A stretch of DNA of 64,000 nucleotides from Cenarchaeum sp. (GTDB taxonomy: Archaea > Thermoproteota > Nitrososphaeria > Nitrososphaerales > Nitrosopumilaceae): positions 1,504,001-1,568,000 of the forward strand of contig OY843584.1 of the NCBI GenBank assembly GCA_963692915.1, read 5' to 3'. The notes under the pieces were generated by a model. The model was given only the letters and a program-made list of their open reading frames with translations, was not told where the DNA came from and did no database searches. This document shows positions 28,336-38,319 of the stretch, piece after piece (within the stretch, counting starts at the first letter, position 1; each line of letters opens with the position of its first letter). The translations under genes were made by a program, and so were the position numbers.

Positions 28336-29469
28336 CTACAGTCCGGCTCCCGCATCCTGGCGCCTGCGCATATAGCTGACAAGCTCGCGCAGTCCGTCAC
28401 TGTGGGGATCAATTGCCATTGCTGTCTCAAAGGCGGCCATGGCATCAGAGCGGCGACCCAGCGCCATCAGCACGTTTCCCCTGCCCGTGTGTGCGGCCCA
28501 CTGCCTCGGCATGAGCTCGATGGCCCTGTCAAACTCCTTTAGGGCCTCCCTGTTGCGCCCGAGCATTCCGAGCACGTTGCCGTGGTTGGTGCGCGTCGCG
28601 GCATTTTGCGGATCGATGCGAATCGACTTCTCGATGGCCTTGAGCGCATCGTGCGGCCTGCCCATGTTGCCCAGTGCAGCCCCGCGATTGCTGAGCACCT
28701 CGACCTTGCGGCTGACTGCGCGATCGGCCATGCTGTCACCACTGGCCCACTCGTCTTTAATCACGGTATGGGCCTCTAGTATCGCCACGTGCCCAGAGAC
28801 GTCGTCGGCCTCATCGCTCTTGCCCACCCTCGTCAGCGCGGTGATCAGGCGCTTGTGGCAATGGACACTGTTGGGCTCTAGCTCGACTGCGCGCCTAAAC
28901 TCGCCAACGGCCTCCTCGTGGCGCCCCAGCAGCTCTAGCACGGTGCCGAGATTCAGGTGGACATCACAGGAATCAGGCGCCAGCTCTGCTGCGCGCGCAA
29001 AGCACTCGGCGGCCTCCTCAAAGTTGTCCTTATTTTCCAGCGCACACCCCAGCTTTATGTGGGCTATGGCCCTTCCGGGATTTCGCCTCACTGCGCGCCT
29101 CAGCGCCGACATGCCCTCCATGCGGTACCCGAGATTTTCCCACGCCACGAGCCTGCCAATGTTTGCGACTATGCTGTCCGGCTCGATCTTTACTGCGCGC
29201 TCAAAGTACTCAAGGGCCGTCTCGTTATCCCCGTGCAGGCCGTGGATCGAGCCAATGCGCGCCAGTGTGCGCACATTGGCCGGATCCAGCTCCATTGCGC
29301 GCTCAAGGTGCGGCAGGGCCTCCCATGCGCGGCCAATCCTAAACAGCGTGTTCCCCATGTCCATGTGCGCACGTGCATCATTGGGCCTCTCGCGCACCCG
29401 CCGCTCACACTCCTCGAGCGACATCGACTCGTCGTCCTTGCCTGCCGAGCCCCCGCTTCCTGAGCCCAT
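28336..29469 (-). CDS. TPR repeat protein (array paralog 3)
   Basis: TPR repeats; MSLEECERRVRERPNDA leader. Confidence 0.88.
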   Translation of the reverse strand: MGSGSGGSAGKDDESMSLEECERRVRERPNDARAHMDMGNTLFRIGRAWEALPHLERAMELDPANVRTLARIGSIHGLHGDNETALEYFERAVKIEPDSIVANIGRLVAWENLGYRMEGMSALRRAVRRNPGRAIAHIKLGCALENKDNFEEAAECFARAAELAPDSCDVHLNLGTVLELLGRHEEAVGEFRRAVELEPNSVHCHKRLITALTRVGKSDEADDVSGHVAILEAHTVIKDEWASGDSMADRAVSRKVEVLSNRGAALGNMGRPHDALKAIEKSIRIDPQNAATRTNHGNVLGMLGRNREALKEFDRAIELMPRQWAAHTGRGNVLMALGRRSDAMAAFETAMAIDPHSDGLRELVSYMRRRQDAGAGL

Positions 29470-29484
29470 GTCCCAGGCTGCCAC

Positions 29485-29516
29485 GGCACTGCTCCTATAA
29501 TTTTTGTCCCGCAATC
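29485..29516 (-). promoter_or_regulatory. Duplicated TPR promoter module, copy 3
   Basis: GCGGGACAAAAATTATAGGAGCAG about 27 bp upstream of the ATG. Confidence 0.75.
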
Positions 29517-29547
29517 CCAGAAACACGCGCTTGCCTTGACGCGCCCA

Positions 29548-30642
29548 CTAGTCGATGGCCTCGGCCCTCGCATCGGCCTCGTCTGCCTCAACGGGCCGGT
29601 CGAGTGCGCGCAGGGCCGTGGCCATCCCCGTGTGGGCGATGATAAGGTTGGGGGCAAGCTCGGCGGCGAGCTCGTATGCGCCGAGGGCCTCCTCGGCGCG
29701 ACCTAGGATCATGAGCGCATCGCCGTGGTACACGTGAACCGGAGGATCGTCCGGACTCGCGCGAATCGCCACCTCGAGGCACTCGACGGCCTCTTGCGCC
29801 CTGCCCATTGCAGTCAGCGCACGCCCGCGCTCGGTGTACGAGCCGGCGTGGTCGGGGCGCAGCGCGATTGCGCGGTCGATATACGAAATCGCCTTGTCCG
29901 GACTCCCGAGGTCAGTCAGGACGCTGCCGAGGTAGAGGAGCGCAACGTGGTCGCCGGGCGCCATCCTCAGCGATCGCTCCTGCGCCTTGACGGACTCGGC
30001 GAGCCGCCCGAGCCTGTGGAGCGCAATGCCCCTCCTAAAGTGGGCCATCGAGTTCTCATAGCCCTCGGCGATCGCGACATCAAATGACTCGAGGGCCTCC
30101 CCGTCGCGGTGCATGTCGAGGAGAATCATGCCGATCTCATATTGGGACATTGCCCAGTCAGTGTCAGTGCGCGTGATCCTGGAGAGCTCCTCGAGGGCCT
30201 CCTCGTCGCGGCCCAGGCCGCGCAGTGCGCGCGAGCGGCACGTGTGCACGCCCACCAGGCTCGCATCCAGGGCCATGGCCGAGTCTGCGGACTCGAGGGA
30301 CTCGGCGGCGCGCCCGAGCGTAAACATGACCATGGCCCGCAGCATGTGCGCGCCGGCCGCGCGCGGATCGGCAGCTATTGCGCGGTCTGCGGCCTCGATG
30401 GCCTCGGAGTTCCTGTCAAGGTGCGCCAGGGCCAGGCCGGCGCTAGTCAGCGGGATGACATCTGTGGGATCGAGCTCAAAGGCCCGCCTCCAGTGCGATA
30501 TGGCCTCCTCGTTGCGCTTTAGGTCATAGAGCACACTCGCAATGTCCTTGTGCGCATTGGCGTCATCAGGCCTCTGACGGACCGCCTCCTCGCAGCCCTC
30601 GAGTGTCATCGGCGTATCATCGCCGCCCCTTGCATCTGCCAT
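29548..30642 (-). CDS. TPR repeat protein (array paralog 4)
   Basis: TPR repeats; MTLEGCEEAVRQRPDDA leader; ATTATATA box upstream. Confidence 0.88.
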   Translation of the reverse strand: MADARGGDDTPMTLEGCEEAVRQRPDDANAHKDIASVLYDLKRNEEAISHWRRAFELDPTDVIPLTSAGLALAHLDRNSEAIEAADRAIAADPRAAGAHMLRAMVMFTLGRAAESLESADSAMALDASLVGVHTCRSRALRGLGRDEEALEELSRITRTDTDWAMSQYEIGMILLDMHRDGEALESFDVAIAEGYENSMAHFRRGIALHRLGRLAESVKAQERSLRMAPGDHVALLYLGSVLTDLGSPDKAISYIDRAIALRPDHAGSYTERGRALTAMGRAQEAVECLEVAIRASPDDPPVHVYHGDALMILGRAEEALGAYELAAELAPNLIIAHTGMATALRALDRPVEADEADARAEAID

Positions 30643-30791
30643 GCGCAGGCCGCAGCGCCGCTTTGATATAATAATTGCCCGTGATCGCGATCATGCCCTG
30701 GCCGACAATGTCCCACGTTCCTGACATGGTGTGTCTTGTGCTGACTTGGCATCCCGTGCACACTCGTGCGCACATGCATGGTGAGTTGAGG

Positions 30792-30865
30792 CGGGTCTAG
30801 AGGGATTCGAACCCTCGACAGCCGGATTAAGAGTCCGGTGCTCTACCTGGCTGAGCCATAGACCC
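30792..30865 (-). tRNA. tRNA-Lys(CTT)
   Basis: GGGTCTA acceptor stem, CCGGA-CT-CTT-AA-TCCGG anticodon arm, GTTCGAATC T-loop. Confidence 0.95.
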
Positions 30866-31137
30866 CCGCGCCGCAGCGTGCCATGATCATGCTATTAAAA
30901 TGTGGTGAGGCCTATGGACAAAGACGGCGAGCTGGCGCACGGCAGGCCGCAGCAGGGCGCGAAGCGATGGCCATGGAATGACGCCGACAAAAAAGGCCGT
31001 GCGGCGCCCGGGGCGCGACGCAAGGGTGATGTCCCACATGCCGACGCACAGCACGCGCGGGCTCTTGACCGTGCAGGGTTCGCGTGGCGCATGGCTCTGC
31101 TTAAAGCGTTATATGCGGTATATGCCACGGCAGTGCC

Positions 31138-31678
31138 ATGAACGCTGCGATACAGGCGCTTGAGACAAAGAGCCCGCTAACATGGGGTGAGCTCTATGAC
31201 AGCATGGGCGTCACGCACGGTGACGAGAAGGCATTCTCCATAATATGCGACTCTGTGCACAACGGTCACATCGAGATAAAGTACGATGGGCGCCTCATGC
31301 TTCCCGTTCCCGAGTCCGAGCGAGAGGAGAACCCGATAGTGGCCATACTCAAAAAGGAGAGCCCGCTGACTCGCGAGGAGGCCGCGCGACGCATGGGTCT
31401 ATCTTCACCTTGATGACTATGGCCGGCTCTGCGTACTCGAAGAGATCCCCGAGTCCGAGCGCCCTACCCAGTGGGACCTTGAGGGCACCATGGCACTGTC
31501 TAGGGCACGCAAACTCGGCATGATCAAGCGTGGTGATGACGGCATGCTGGCATTCACCGACCAGGGTGATCGCGGACTCCTCTCCGAGCGCGAGCTGCGC
31601 GCAGCAAAAGACAGCCTAGACTCGGCCAATGACTATGCGAGCACGCATCCTGAAATGTTCAAGCCGGTGAACATGTGA
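31138..31678 (+). pseudogene. Frameshifted protein with short internal wHTH-like repeats (ORFs 31138-31413 and 31490-31678)
   Basis: SPLT repeats; the +1 frame continues YLHLDDYGRLCVLEEIPESER, which parallels HIEIKYDGRLMLPVPESER. Confidence 0.5.
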
Positions 31679-31792
31679 TCACGGGATGATCCTGTCAGCA
31701 CATGGCACGCGCCAATTACGACCGTGAAAAACATCATCATTTGAGCGAATCACATGAATGTCTCGGAGGCTCACTGGCGTGACTGGTATGCG

Positions 31793-32389
31793 CTATTGCG
31801 CAATCTCGGCCTTTGCGTGGCGGTCGAGTATCGAGTTGAGGACCATCGAGACAGGCGCATTGCCCATCTTTTTCTTTTCGGCCAAGAGCCTCTGGTACGC
31901 GTCTAGCGTAATGTACACCGGTATCGAGCCGTTGCCCTCTAGGAGGCCGCGAACCTTGTAGAGGGCCGTCTCCATGCCGCGCTCTGCAGACTTTGCAAAC
32001 TTTGCCTTGTCGAGTATGCTCCCGAGGGGCCCAAACGGCATGTCATAGTCGACAGTCATCGTAACGCGCGAGCGATCCTCGCCTAGAGCCTCAAACTCGG
32101 TCTTTATCTCCCATTTCTTGAACGGACCCTCTATCTGGCGGGCCGATATGCGCTCCTCGCGCTCAAACTCTGTCGTCTCGCAGTCCCACTCTAGGCGCTT
32201 GCCGCCAAAGTCGCCGATAATCCTAAAGGTCGTGCCGACTCCCATGCCCTCCTTGATGTCCATGGGAATGACTGTCATGCCGACGCCCTTGTCAGTCATC
32301 TGGTCAGAGACGTGCTCGGGGCGCGCAAAGTACGTAAAGACCGTGCTTACGGGCACCTTTACCTCGATCGAGCGAGACACCGTGGCCAA
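31793..32389 (-). CDS. SRPBCC (polyketide cyclase/dehydrase-like) protein
   Basis: SRSIEVKVPVSTVF, GPFKKW, YDMPFGPLG; divergent from the cox operon. Confidence 0.85.
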   Translation of the reverse strand: MATVSRSIEVKVPVSTVFTYFARPEHVSDQMTDKGVGMTVIPMDIKEGMGVGTTFRIIGDFGGKRLEWDCETTEFEREERISARQIEGPFKKWEIKTEFEALGEDRSRVTMTVDYDMPFGPLGSILDKAKFAKSAERGMETALYKVRGLLEGNGSIPVYITLDAYQRLLAEKKKMGNAPVSMVLNSILDRHAKAEIAQ

Positions 32390-32508
32390 CGGTCGCGCAG
32401 GCCGAATATAGCGGATTTAAAGGTATGGGGAGATCGCGGGGAGCACGCGTCCTACGCACACTCGCGCTAAACATTAAATACTAAACGGCGCGCGCGTGCG
32501 CATTAGGG

Positions 32509-32766
32509 ATGACACACCGTGCCCTCTCGCTGATCGCCCTTGCGCTGGTCCTCTCGATTCCCGTCCTGCCTGTCATGGCGGCCACTGAGCCTGGCGAGTA
32601 CCTTGACCGCAGGGCCGAGATCTGGAACCTCTTCTTTCGCATGATGACAGTCGCCTTTACGATAGGGACAGTCGTCTCTGGAACCATCGTCTGGCTCTGC
32701 CTGAGGTTCCGCGAGTCAAACCCCAAGGCGACGCCCACAAAGTACGAGGAGGCCGGCGAGTGGTGA
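32509..32766 (+). CDS. Heme-copper oxidase subunit II N-terminal/TM fragment (AOA split CoxB)
   Basis: Signal-like segment, IWNLF + TM helix, LRFRES; first gene of the cox operon. Confidence 0.7.
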   Translation: MTHRALSLIALALVLSIPVLPVMAATEPGEYLDRRAEIWNLFFRMMTVAFTIGTVVSGTIVWLCLRFRESNPKATPTKYEEAGEW

Positions 32767-33191
32767 GCGGCCACTCGAACATGCCAGAATGGGTCTATAT
32801 CGGCGTCGTAGTCGCGCTCCTCTGCTGGGTTGGGGCCGAGGCATGGAACGTCGAGAGGCTCGTCGAGCACATACCCGAGGATGCCAAGCTCATAAAGGTG
32901 ACCGGCCAGCAGTGGTTCTGGACCTTTGAGCACGAGGACGGCACAAAGGAGATAGGCGAGCTCCACGTCGAGGTCGGCAAGGCGTACAGGTTTGAGATCA
33001 CCTCAAAGGACGTCATACACTCGTTCAACATACACGACTATGTCGTGCTACTTGACGCAGTACCAGGCAGGGTCAACACGGTCTGGTTTGCGCCCACAGA
33101 GGTCGGCGAGCATGACATACAGTGCCGCGAGTATTGCGGGCTCATACACTATAACATGAGGGGCACGCTCATAGTCGAGGAGGCCGCCTAG
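32760..33191 (+). CDS. coxB: Heme-copper oxidase subunit II (CuA domain)
   Basis: GQQWFWTF, DVIHSF, CREYCGLIHYNM. Confidence 0.95.
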   Translation: MVSGHSNMPEWVYIGVVVALLCWVGAEAWNVERLVEHIPEDAKLIKVTGQQWFWTFEHEDGTKEIGELHVEVGKAYRFEITSKDVIHSFNIHDYVVLLDAVPGRVNTVWFAPTEVGEHDIQCREYCGLIHYNMRGTLIVEEAA

Positions 33192-33192
33192 C

Positions 33193-34722
33193 ATGGTCAT
33201 GGAGCTTGCGCGCCCGCGCCCCATATGGCAGATAATGTTCTCGACGCACCACACTGATGTCGGCCTCCTCTACCTCATCACGTCGCTCGCGTTCATGTTC
33301 ATGGGCGGCGCACTGGCGCTCTCAATCAGGGCAGAGCTCTTCTTCCCCGGCGCGCAGATAATCACTGATGCGATGACGTTTAACCGCATATTCACGGTTC
33401 ACGGAACGACGCTCATATTCCTCTTTATCCTGCCGTTTGCGTCTGCTGTGGGCAACTATTTCGTGCCCATAATGGTCCGCTACAAGGACATGGCATACCC
33501 AAAGCTCAACGCGATCGCCTTTTGGATGATACCTCCGGCCGGCGCGCTCATATGGCTAGGGTTTGCCGACTTTACGTGGTATGCGACTCCGCCCTACTCG
33601 GTCATCAGCGCGCCCGGACCGGCTGCTGACATGTGGATATTTGGACTAAAGATACTCGGCATATCATCGATACTCGGCGCGATCAACTTTATCGTCACGA
33701 TACTAAAGTGCAAGCATCCGGACATGCCGATATCCAAGGTTCCTCTCCTTGCGTGGTCGTTCCTCTCCTCATCACTCATCATACTCGTCGCGCTCCCGAC
33801 GTTTGCGGCCGCACTCATCATGCTCCTGACTGACCGCCTCGGCGTGTCAGGCTTCTTCAACCCTGCTGTCGGCGGTGACCCGATAGCGTACGCGCACCTG
33901 TTCTGGTTCACGTTCCACCCCGAGGTCTATGTCCTAGTCATTCCGGCCATTGGCATGATGTACGAGATCATTCCGCGCTTTTCGCGCAAGCCGATATTCA
34001 GCGCATCCTCGGGCATTGCCGCCTTTGTCCTCCTTGCCATCGTCAGCTTTGCGTCATGGGCGCACCACATGTACGCAACGGGCATGTCATTTACCGAAAA
34101 GACCGTCTTTATGGTCGGCACGCTCGCGGCAGTTCCCGCATCGGCGATGCACGTGTTTAACTTTTTGGCGACAATGTGGGGAGGGCGAATCCGATTTGCG
34201 ACGCCGATGCTCTGGGCAATCGGTGGAATCGCGCTCTTTTTCTCGGCTGGCGCCGGCGGCGTCGTCAACAGCGCAATGCCGCTGGACTTTGTCACGCACG
34301 ACTCGTACTGGGTCGTCGGGCACTTCCACCTGTTCGTCATGGGAACCATCCTCTTTGGGTCAGTGGGCTATCTCTACTACATGTTCCCGTACGTGACGGG
34401 CCGAATGTACAGCGAGCGCCTCGGCAACGTCCACTTTGTGCTCGCGTTCATCGGGACAGTCATGGTCTTTTTCACGCAGCACGTCCTTGGCCTCTTTGGC
34501 ATGCCGCGCCGCGTCTATGACTATCCGCCGATACCAGAGTGGATCGCGATGAACCAGATAGCTTCAGTCGGCGCGATGATCATCGGCGTCTCGATGGTCA
34601 TATTCCTGGCAAACATGATCCACAGCAGCGCAAAGGGCCGGCCCGCTGACATGGACGACCCATGGGGCCTTGGCGCGAAATACTATTACCCATATGAGCG
34701 AAAAAACCCCCACCACGAGTGA
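33193..34722 (+). CDS. coxA: Heme-copper oxidase subunit I
   Basis: FTVHG, WFTFHPEVY, WAHHM, HDSYWVVGHFH, GMPRR. Confidence 0.97.
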   Translation: MVMELARPRPIWQIMFSTHHTDVGLLYLITSLAFMFMGGALALSIRAELFFPGAQIITDAMTFNRIFTVHGTTLIFLFILPFASAVGNYFVPIMVRYKDMAYPKLNAIAFWMIPPAGALIWLGFADFTWYATPPYSVISAPGPAADMWIFGLKILGISSILGAINFIVTILKCKHPDMPISKVPLLAWSFLSSSLIILVALPTFAAALIMLLTDRLGVSGFFNPAVGGDPIAYAHLFWFTFHPEVYVLVIPAIGMMYEIIPRFSRKPIFSASSGIAAFVLLAIVSFASWAHHMYATGMSFTEKTVFMVGTLAAVPASAMHVFNFLATMWGGRIRFATPMLWAIGGIALFFSAGAGGVVNSAMPLDFVTHDSYWVVGHFHLFVMGTILFGSVGYLYYMFPYVTGRMYSERLGNVHFVLAFIGTVMVFFTQHVLGLFGMPRRVYDYPPIPEWIAMNQIASVGAMIIGVSMVIFLANMIHSSAKGRPADMDDPWGLGAKYYYPYERKNPHHE

Positions 34723-35680
34723 TGAAGAGTTGAGCCAGAGACCACCCATATACAGGACATCGCCGACAAGAATGGCGCGCATGATGGTCATCATGGTCGG
34801 TATCTGCATTGCAGGCGGCGGCATATTCTTTGGCATGTGGGACTATTGGATATCAATGCCCGCGCCAGTAGTCGCGCAACAGTCCGGCGGGACTCCGGCC
34901 CCTGCGCCACCTGCGGCGACCGGCAAGAGCATTCCTGTGGACCTTGACTTTGTAGAGTCAGACGACTTTAGGACGCTTGGATTCAACGGGCTGCCCGGCG
35001 AGGAGGGCGCAAACCCGACGATCGAGGCCGCAGTCGGCGATCGCATCGTCTTTGAGGTCGAGAACATCGGCAAGTCGTTCCACTCCTTTGGCGTGACGGC
35101 CGACGAGGAGGGCTATGTCGGAATCATAGCCGGAAGCGAGGTCGCCGCGCCGACAAACCCGCTAAAGCCCGGCGAGGGTGGTGACTCGCAGTTTGTCCCG
35201 ACCGAGGAGGGCACGTACTATTACATCTGCACCGTGCCCGGCCACCGCGAGCAGGGCATGGTCGGCGAGATCATCGTCGGGCCCAAAGTCGAGCAAGAGC
35301 CGGCACCGCCCCGTGAGACGCGCTCACACGAGTTTGACTTTGACTTTGTAGAGTCAGACGACTTTAGGACGCTTGGATTCAACGGCCTGCCCGGCGAGGA
35401 GGGCGCAAACCCCGAGATCAGGGTCGGCTCGGGCGACACGGTCACTGTTCGCGCAACGAACGTCGGCGCGTCGTTCCACTCCTTTGGCGTGGTCACGGAT
35501 CCCGAGGACTTTAACAGCATCGTGTGGGATTCAGAGATCGCCTCGGCCATTGCGCCGCTTCGTGGAGGCGAGTCCGGAGACGTGACCTTTATCGCCGGAG
35601 CGCCCGGCGAGTACCATTACATCTGCACGGTTCCGGGCCATGCGCTGCAGGGTATGCAGGGCAAGTTTATCGTGGAGTGA
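34694..35680 (+). CDS. Membrane-anchored two-domain blue copper protein
   Basis: TM segment + two cupredoxin domains (HSF...CTVPGH...GM). Confidence 0.9.
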   Translation: MSEKTPTTSDEELSQRPPIYRTSPTRMARMMVIMVGICIAGGGIFFGMWDYWISMPAPVVAQQSGGTPAPAPPAATGKSIPVDLDFVESDDFRTLGFNGLPGEEGANPTIEAAVGDRIVFEVENIGKSFHSFGVTADEEGYVGIIAGSEVAAPTNPLKPGEGGDSQFVPTEEGTYYYICTVPGHREQGMVGEIIVGPKVEQEPAPPRETRSHEFDFDFVESDDFRTLGFNGLPGEEGANPEIRVGSGDTVTVRATNVGASFHSFGVVTDPEDFNSIVWDSEIASAIAPLRGGESGDVTFIAGAPGEYHYICTVPGHALQGMQGKFIVE

Positions 35681-35689
35681 CTGGCATCC

Positions 35690-36142
35690 ATGCTTGTGCG
35701 CTATCTTGCATGCGCGTCACTGGGAATCCTGTACATACTCATGGTCATCGGGGGCTATGTGTCTGCTGCCGGCCTTGGACTGACGTGCCCTGACTGGCCA
35801 CTCTGCCCGAGCGGCCTGCTGCCGACTGAGCAGTACCTCGTCGAGTGGGTTCACAGGGTCATCGCGATGGTCACCGGCGCGCTAGTCATCGCGACCATGG
35901 TATCATGCTGGAAGTCGCGCGAGCATGTCGGGCGCGCGACGATAACGAGCACGGCGGCGACGGTCTTTGTGATCACGCAGATAACGCTCGGCGCGCTCGT
36001 CATTGACCAAAAGCTCCATGCGATACTCGTCACGGTCCACTTTGGAATAGGCATACTCCTCTTTGCGTCAGTTCTCCTCACGGTTCTCCTTGCGTTTGGA
36101 CTGGCGCGCCGGCGCCCTGCTAGTCTTCACGCCGACGCCTGA
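35690..36142 (+). CDS. ctaA: Heme A synthase (short COX15/CtaA)
   Basis: GLTCPDWPLC, EWVHR, QITLG, VHF. Confidence 0.9.
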   Translation: MLVRYLACASLGILYILMVIGGYVSAAGLGLTCPDWPLCPSGLLPTEQYLVEWVHRVIAMVTGALVIATMVSCWKSREHVGRATITSTAATVFVITQITLGALVIDQKLHAILVTVHFGIGILLFASVLLTVLLAFGLARRRPASLHADA

Positions 36143-36668
36143 TGATTCCGGGCAGATAGATGTACCCGATAACCATCGCAAATATCGACGCGCCGATCGT
36201 GATGCTCACGATGAACACATAGCCAAACGGGCTCTGCGTGCTGATGTTGAACGTGTATGTCGTTATCTCGTTCTGCGCGCCCTCTAGGTTGTAGAGGTCG
36301 ACGTACATGATGTGGTTGCCCTGCGTCTCAAATGTGAACTCTAGTATGTGGTGGGCACCCTCGATGACGCGCGGCCCGTCCGTGTAGACCTCGGCGTCGC
36401 CCTGCGTTATGCGAACGCGCATGATGACGCCGGGAAGCTCCTCATAGTCCTCGTCAGTCACGCGAAAGAGGACCTGTGAGGGCTCGCCTATCTGCGGAAA
36501 CTCGGGAAGCGTCGAGACCTGCACGCGATGGCCAGCGATGGACTGCTCGGATGAGTTAAAGAGCGAGTGAGCGGCCGCCTCGGGCGCGGCCACGGCAAGA
36601 ATGGCCATGGCGGCGACTAGGACCACGATGGCCGGCGCAGTCGGCATTAGCGCTCCCAATTCAGGCAA
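36120..36668 (-). CDS. Exported, C-terminally anchored hypothetical protein
   Basis: Signal peptide AAAH, Ig-like body, C-terminal TM + RRRR. Confidence 0.7.
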   Translation of the reverse strand: MPELGALMPTAPAIVVLVAAMAILAVAAPEAAAHSLFNSSEQSIAGHRVQVSTLPEFPQIGEPSQVLFRVTDEDYEELPGVIMRVRITQGDAEVYTDGPRVIEGAHHILEFTFETQGNHIMYVDLYNLEGAQNEITTYTFNISTQSPFGYVFIVSITIGASIFAMVIGYIYLPGIIRRRRED

Positions 36669-36801
36669 TGCGCGACGGTCCGGCTATATTGGGATTGCGC
36701 GACGGGGCACTATTGCTGCGCCAATATATTTATGCGCGCCATGCGCCATGGCGCCCCATGGGGGCCATGGCAGGACATGCGGCGCGCAGGGGTGCGATCC
36801 C

Positions 36802-37683
36802 ATGATGCTCAACTATGACTATCCGCTATACAGGCCGCCCTCTGAGGCCAACTCGCTCATCATACAGGCGACGCTGGGCTGCTCGTACAACGAGTGCTCG
36901 TTTTGCGACATGTACCGCTCAAAGGAGTATTCTGAGCGACCCTGGGAGCAGGTTCGCGCCGAGATCGACATGATGGCCGACTCGCATCCCGAGACGCGCC
37001 GCGTCTTTATCGCCGACGGCGATGCGCTAAACCTGGACACGCCATACCTTGAAAAGATAGTGCGCCACATCCGCTCGAGATTTCCCGCACTGGAGCGCGT
37101 CGCGTGCTATGCGATGCCCATGAACGTTCTCAAAAAGACGCCTGCTGAGCTCGAGTCACTGCGCGCCGCCGGACTTGGAATGCTGTACCTTGGAATAGAG
37201 AGCGGATCAGACACAGTCCTGAGGCGCGTCACAAAGGGCGCGCTGGCCTCTACGATAATACGCGCGTGCAAAAAGGCAAAGTCTGCCGGATACACGCTCT
37301 CGTGCATGGTCATACTCGGCCTGGGAGGCCGCATGCACACAGTCGAGCATGCGCGCGAGACGGCGCGCGTGCTCTCCGAGTCCTCGCCGCACTATGTCGG
37401 CGTGCTCACGCTATATCTTGAGAACGGGATTCGCGACGAGTTTCTCTCAAAGTATGACGGGACATTTGAGGCCCTCAACGACGAGGAGGCACTCGACGAG
37501 CTCGAGATGCTCGTCTCCGGACTAGACATGCATGACAGCGTCACGTTCAGGGCAACGCACGGATCCAACGCGTACAATGTCGGCGGGACGCTTCCGGATG
37601 ACAAGGCGGCAATACTCCAGAGCATATCGACGATGAGGGGACGGCCAGAGGCCATTAGGCCAAAGGGACTGCGCGGGTTTTAG
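36802..37683 (+). CDS. Radical SAM protein
   Basis: YRPPSEANS, CSYNECSFC, YLGIESG. Confidence 0.92.
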   Translation: MMLNYDYPLYRPPSEANSLIIQATLGCSYNECSFCDMYRSKEYSERPWEQVRAEIDMMADSHPETRRVFIADGDALNLDTPYLEKIVRHIRSRFPALERVACYAMPMNVLKKTPAELESLRAAGLGMLYLGIESGSDTVLRRVTKGALASTIIRACKKAKSAGYTLSCMVILGLGGRMHTVEHARETARVLSESSPHYVGVLTLYLENGIRDEFLSKYDGTFEALNDEEALDELEMLVSGLDMHDSVTFRATHGSNAYNVGGTLPDDKAAILQSISTMRGRPEAIRPKGLRGF

Positions 37684-38105
37684 GCGCGCAGCGCGCCGTC
37701 TAGGTGGACGACCTTGAAGACCGTGACGTCATATGCGCCATCGAGGGCGCGCACTGCAACGCCATCATCGATGCTAAGGGCGCGCATGCGATACTCGTAG
37801 GTTCCGTCCTCGGAGAGATCGACTTGCGCAAAGCGCACGGGCTCGCCACCATTGGCGTGTATCTGGATGATGACCGGATAGCCGTCAACTGGATTGTCGA
37901 CCTTGCCCTCGACGAATGCCCACGGGAGCGTGTTAGTCGATGGCACGACGAGCTCGAGCTCTGTCCTCTCCATGGCGATTCCGTCCCCTAGCGGCACGTA
38001 CGTCGTCGTGCCTGCGTTCGTGTATGCCGAGGCGCCGCTGACGTGCGCGGCCGACACGCAGGCTGCGGCGACCAACAGGGCCACGAGTGCGGGAATGCGC
38101 GTCAT
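37680..38105 (-). CDS. Secreted hypothetical protein
   Basis: Signal peptide, beta-rich body. Confidence 0.7.
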   Translation of the reverse strand: MTRIPALVALLVAAACVSAAHVSGASAYTNAGTTTYVPLGDGIAMERTELELVVPSTNTLPWAFVEGKVDNPVDGYPVIIQIHANGGEPVRFAQVDLSEDGTYEYRMRALSIDDGVAVRALDGAYDVTVFKVVHLDGALRA

Positions 38106-38308
38106 GTCCAGGCCTCTGCGTCCTTTTTCCAGACGCGCCTTCCGTCTATTGTAACCTGGTCAGTCTCCTCGAGAACCGTGTGCCAGCGCCCATTGTTGGG
38201 GAATATGCTGTTCATCTCGGCGAGGCGGCCCTGCGTCGGCCTCACGTTGGTGAGCGCCCCCCACCTCATGTTGGGGATGCGCGGCATGATGTCATTGATG
38301 TCCCTCAT
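38102..38308 (-). CDS. Small hypothetical protein
   Basis: 68-aa ORF, operon-like overlap with the next gene. Confidence 0.65.
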   Translation of the reverse strand: MRDINDIMPRIPNMRWGALTNVRPTQGRLAEMNSIFPNNGRWHTVLEETDQVTIDGRRVWKKDAEAWT

Positions 38309-38319
38309 GGCGCACTCGA

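Noticed and set aside
30792-30865. tRNA-Lys as att site of an integrated element
   Set aside because: No integrase and no duplicated tRNA 3' end noticed at the other side of the accessory region
32509-33191. coxB pseudogene split
   Set aside because: A two-gene subunit II arrangement is the usual AOA organisation, and the CuA motif is intact
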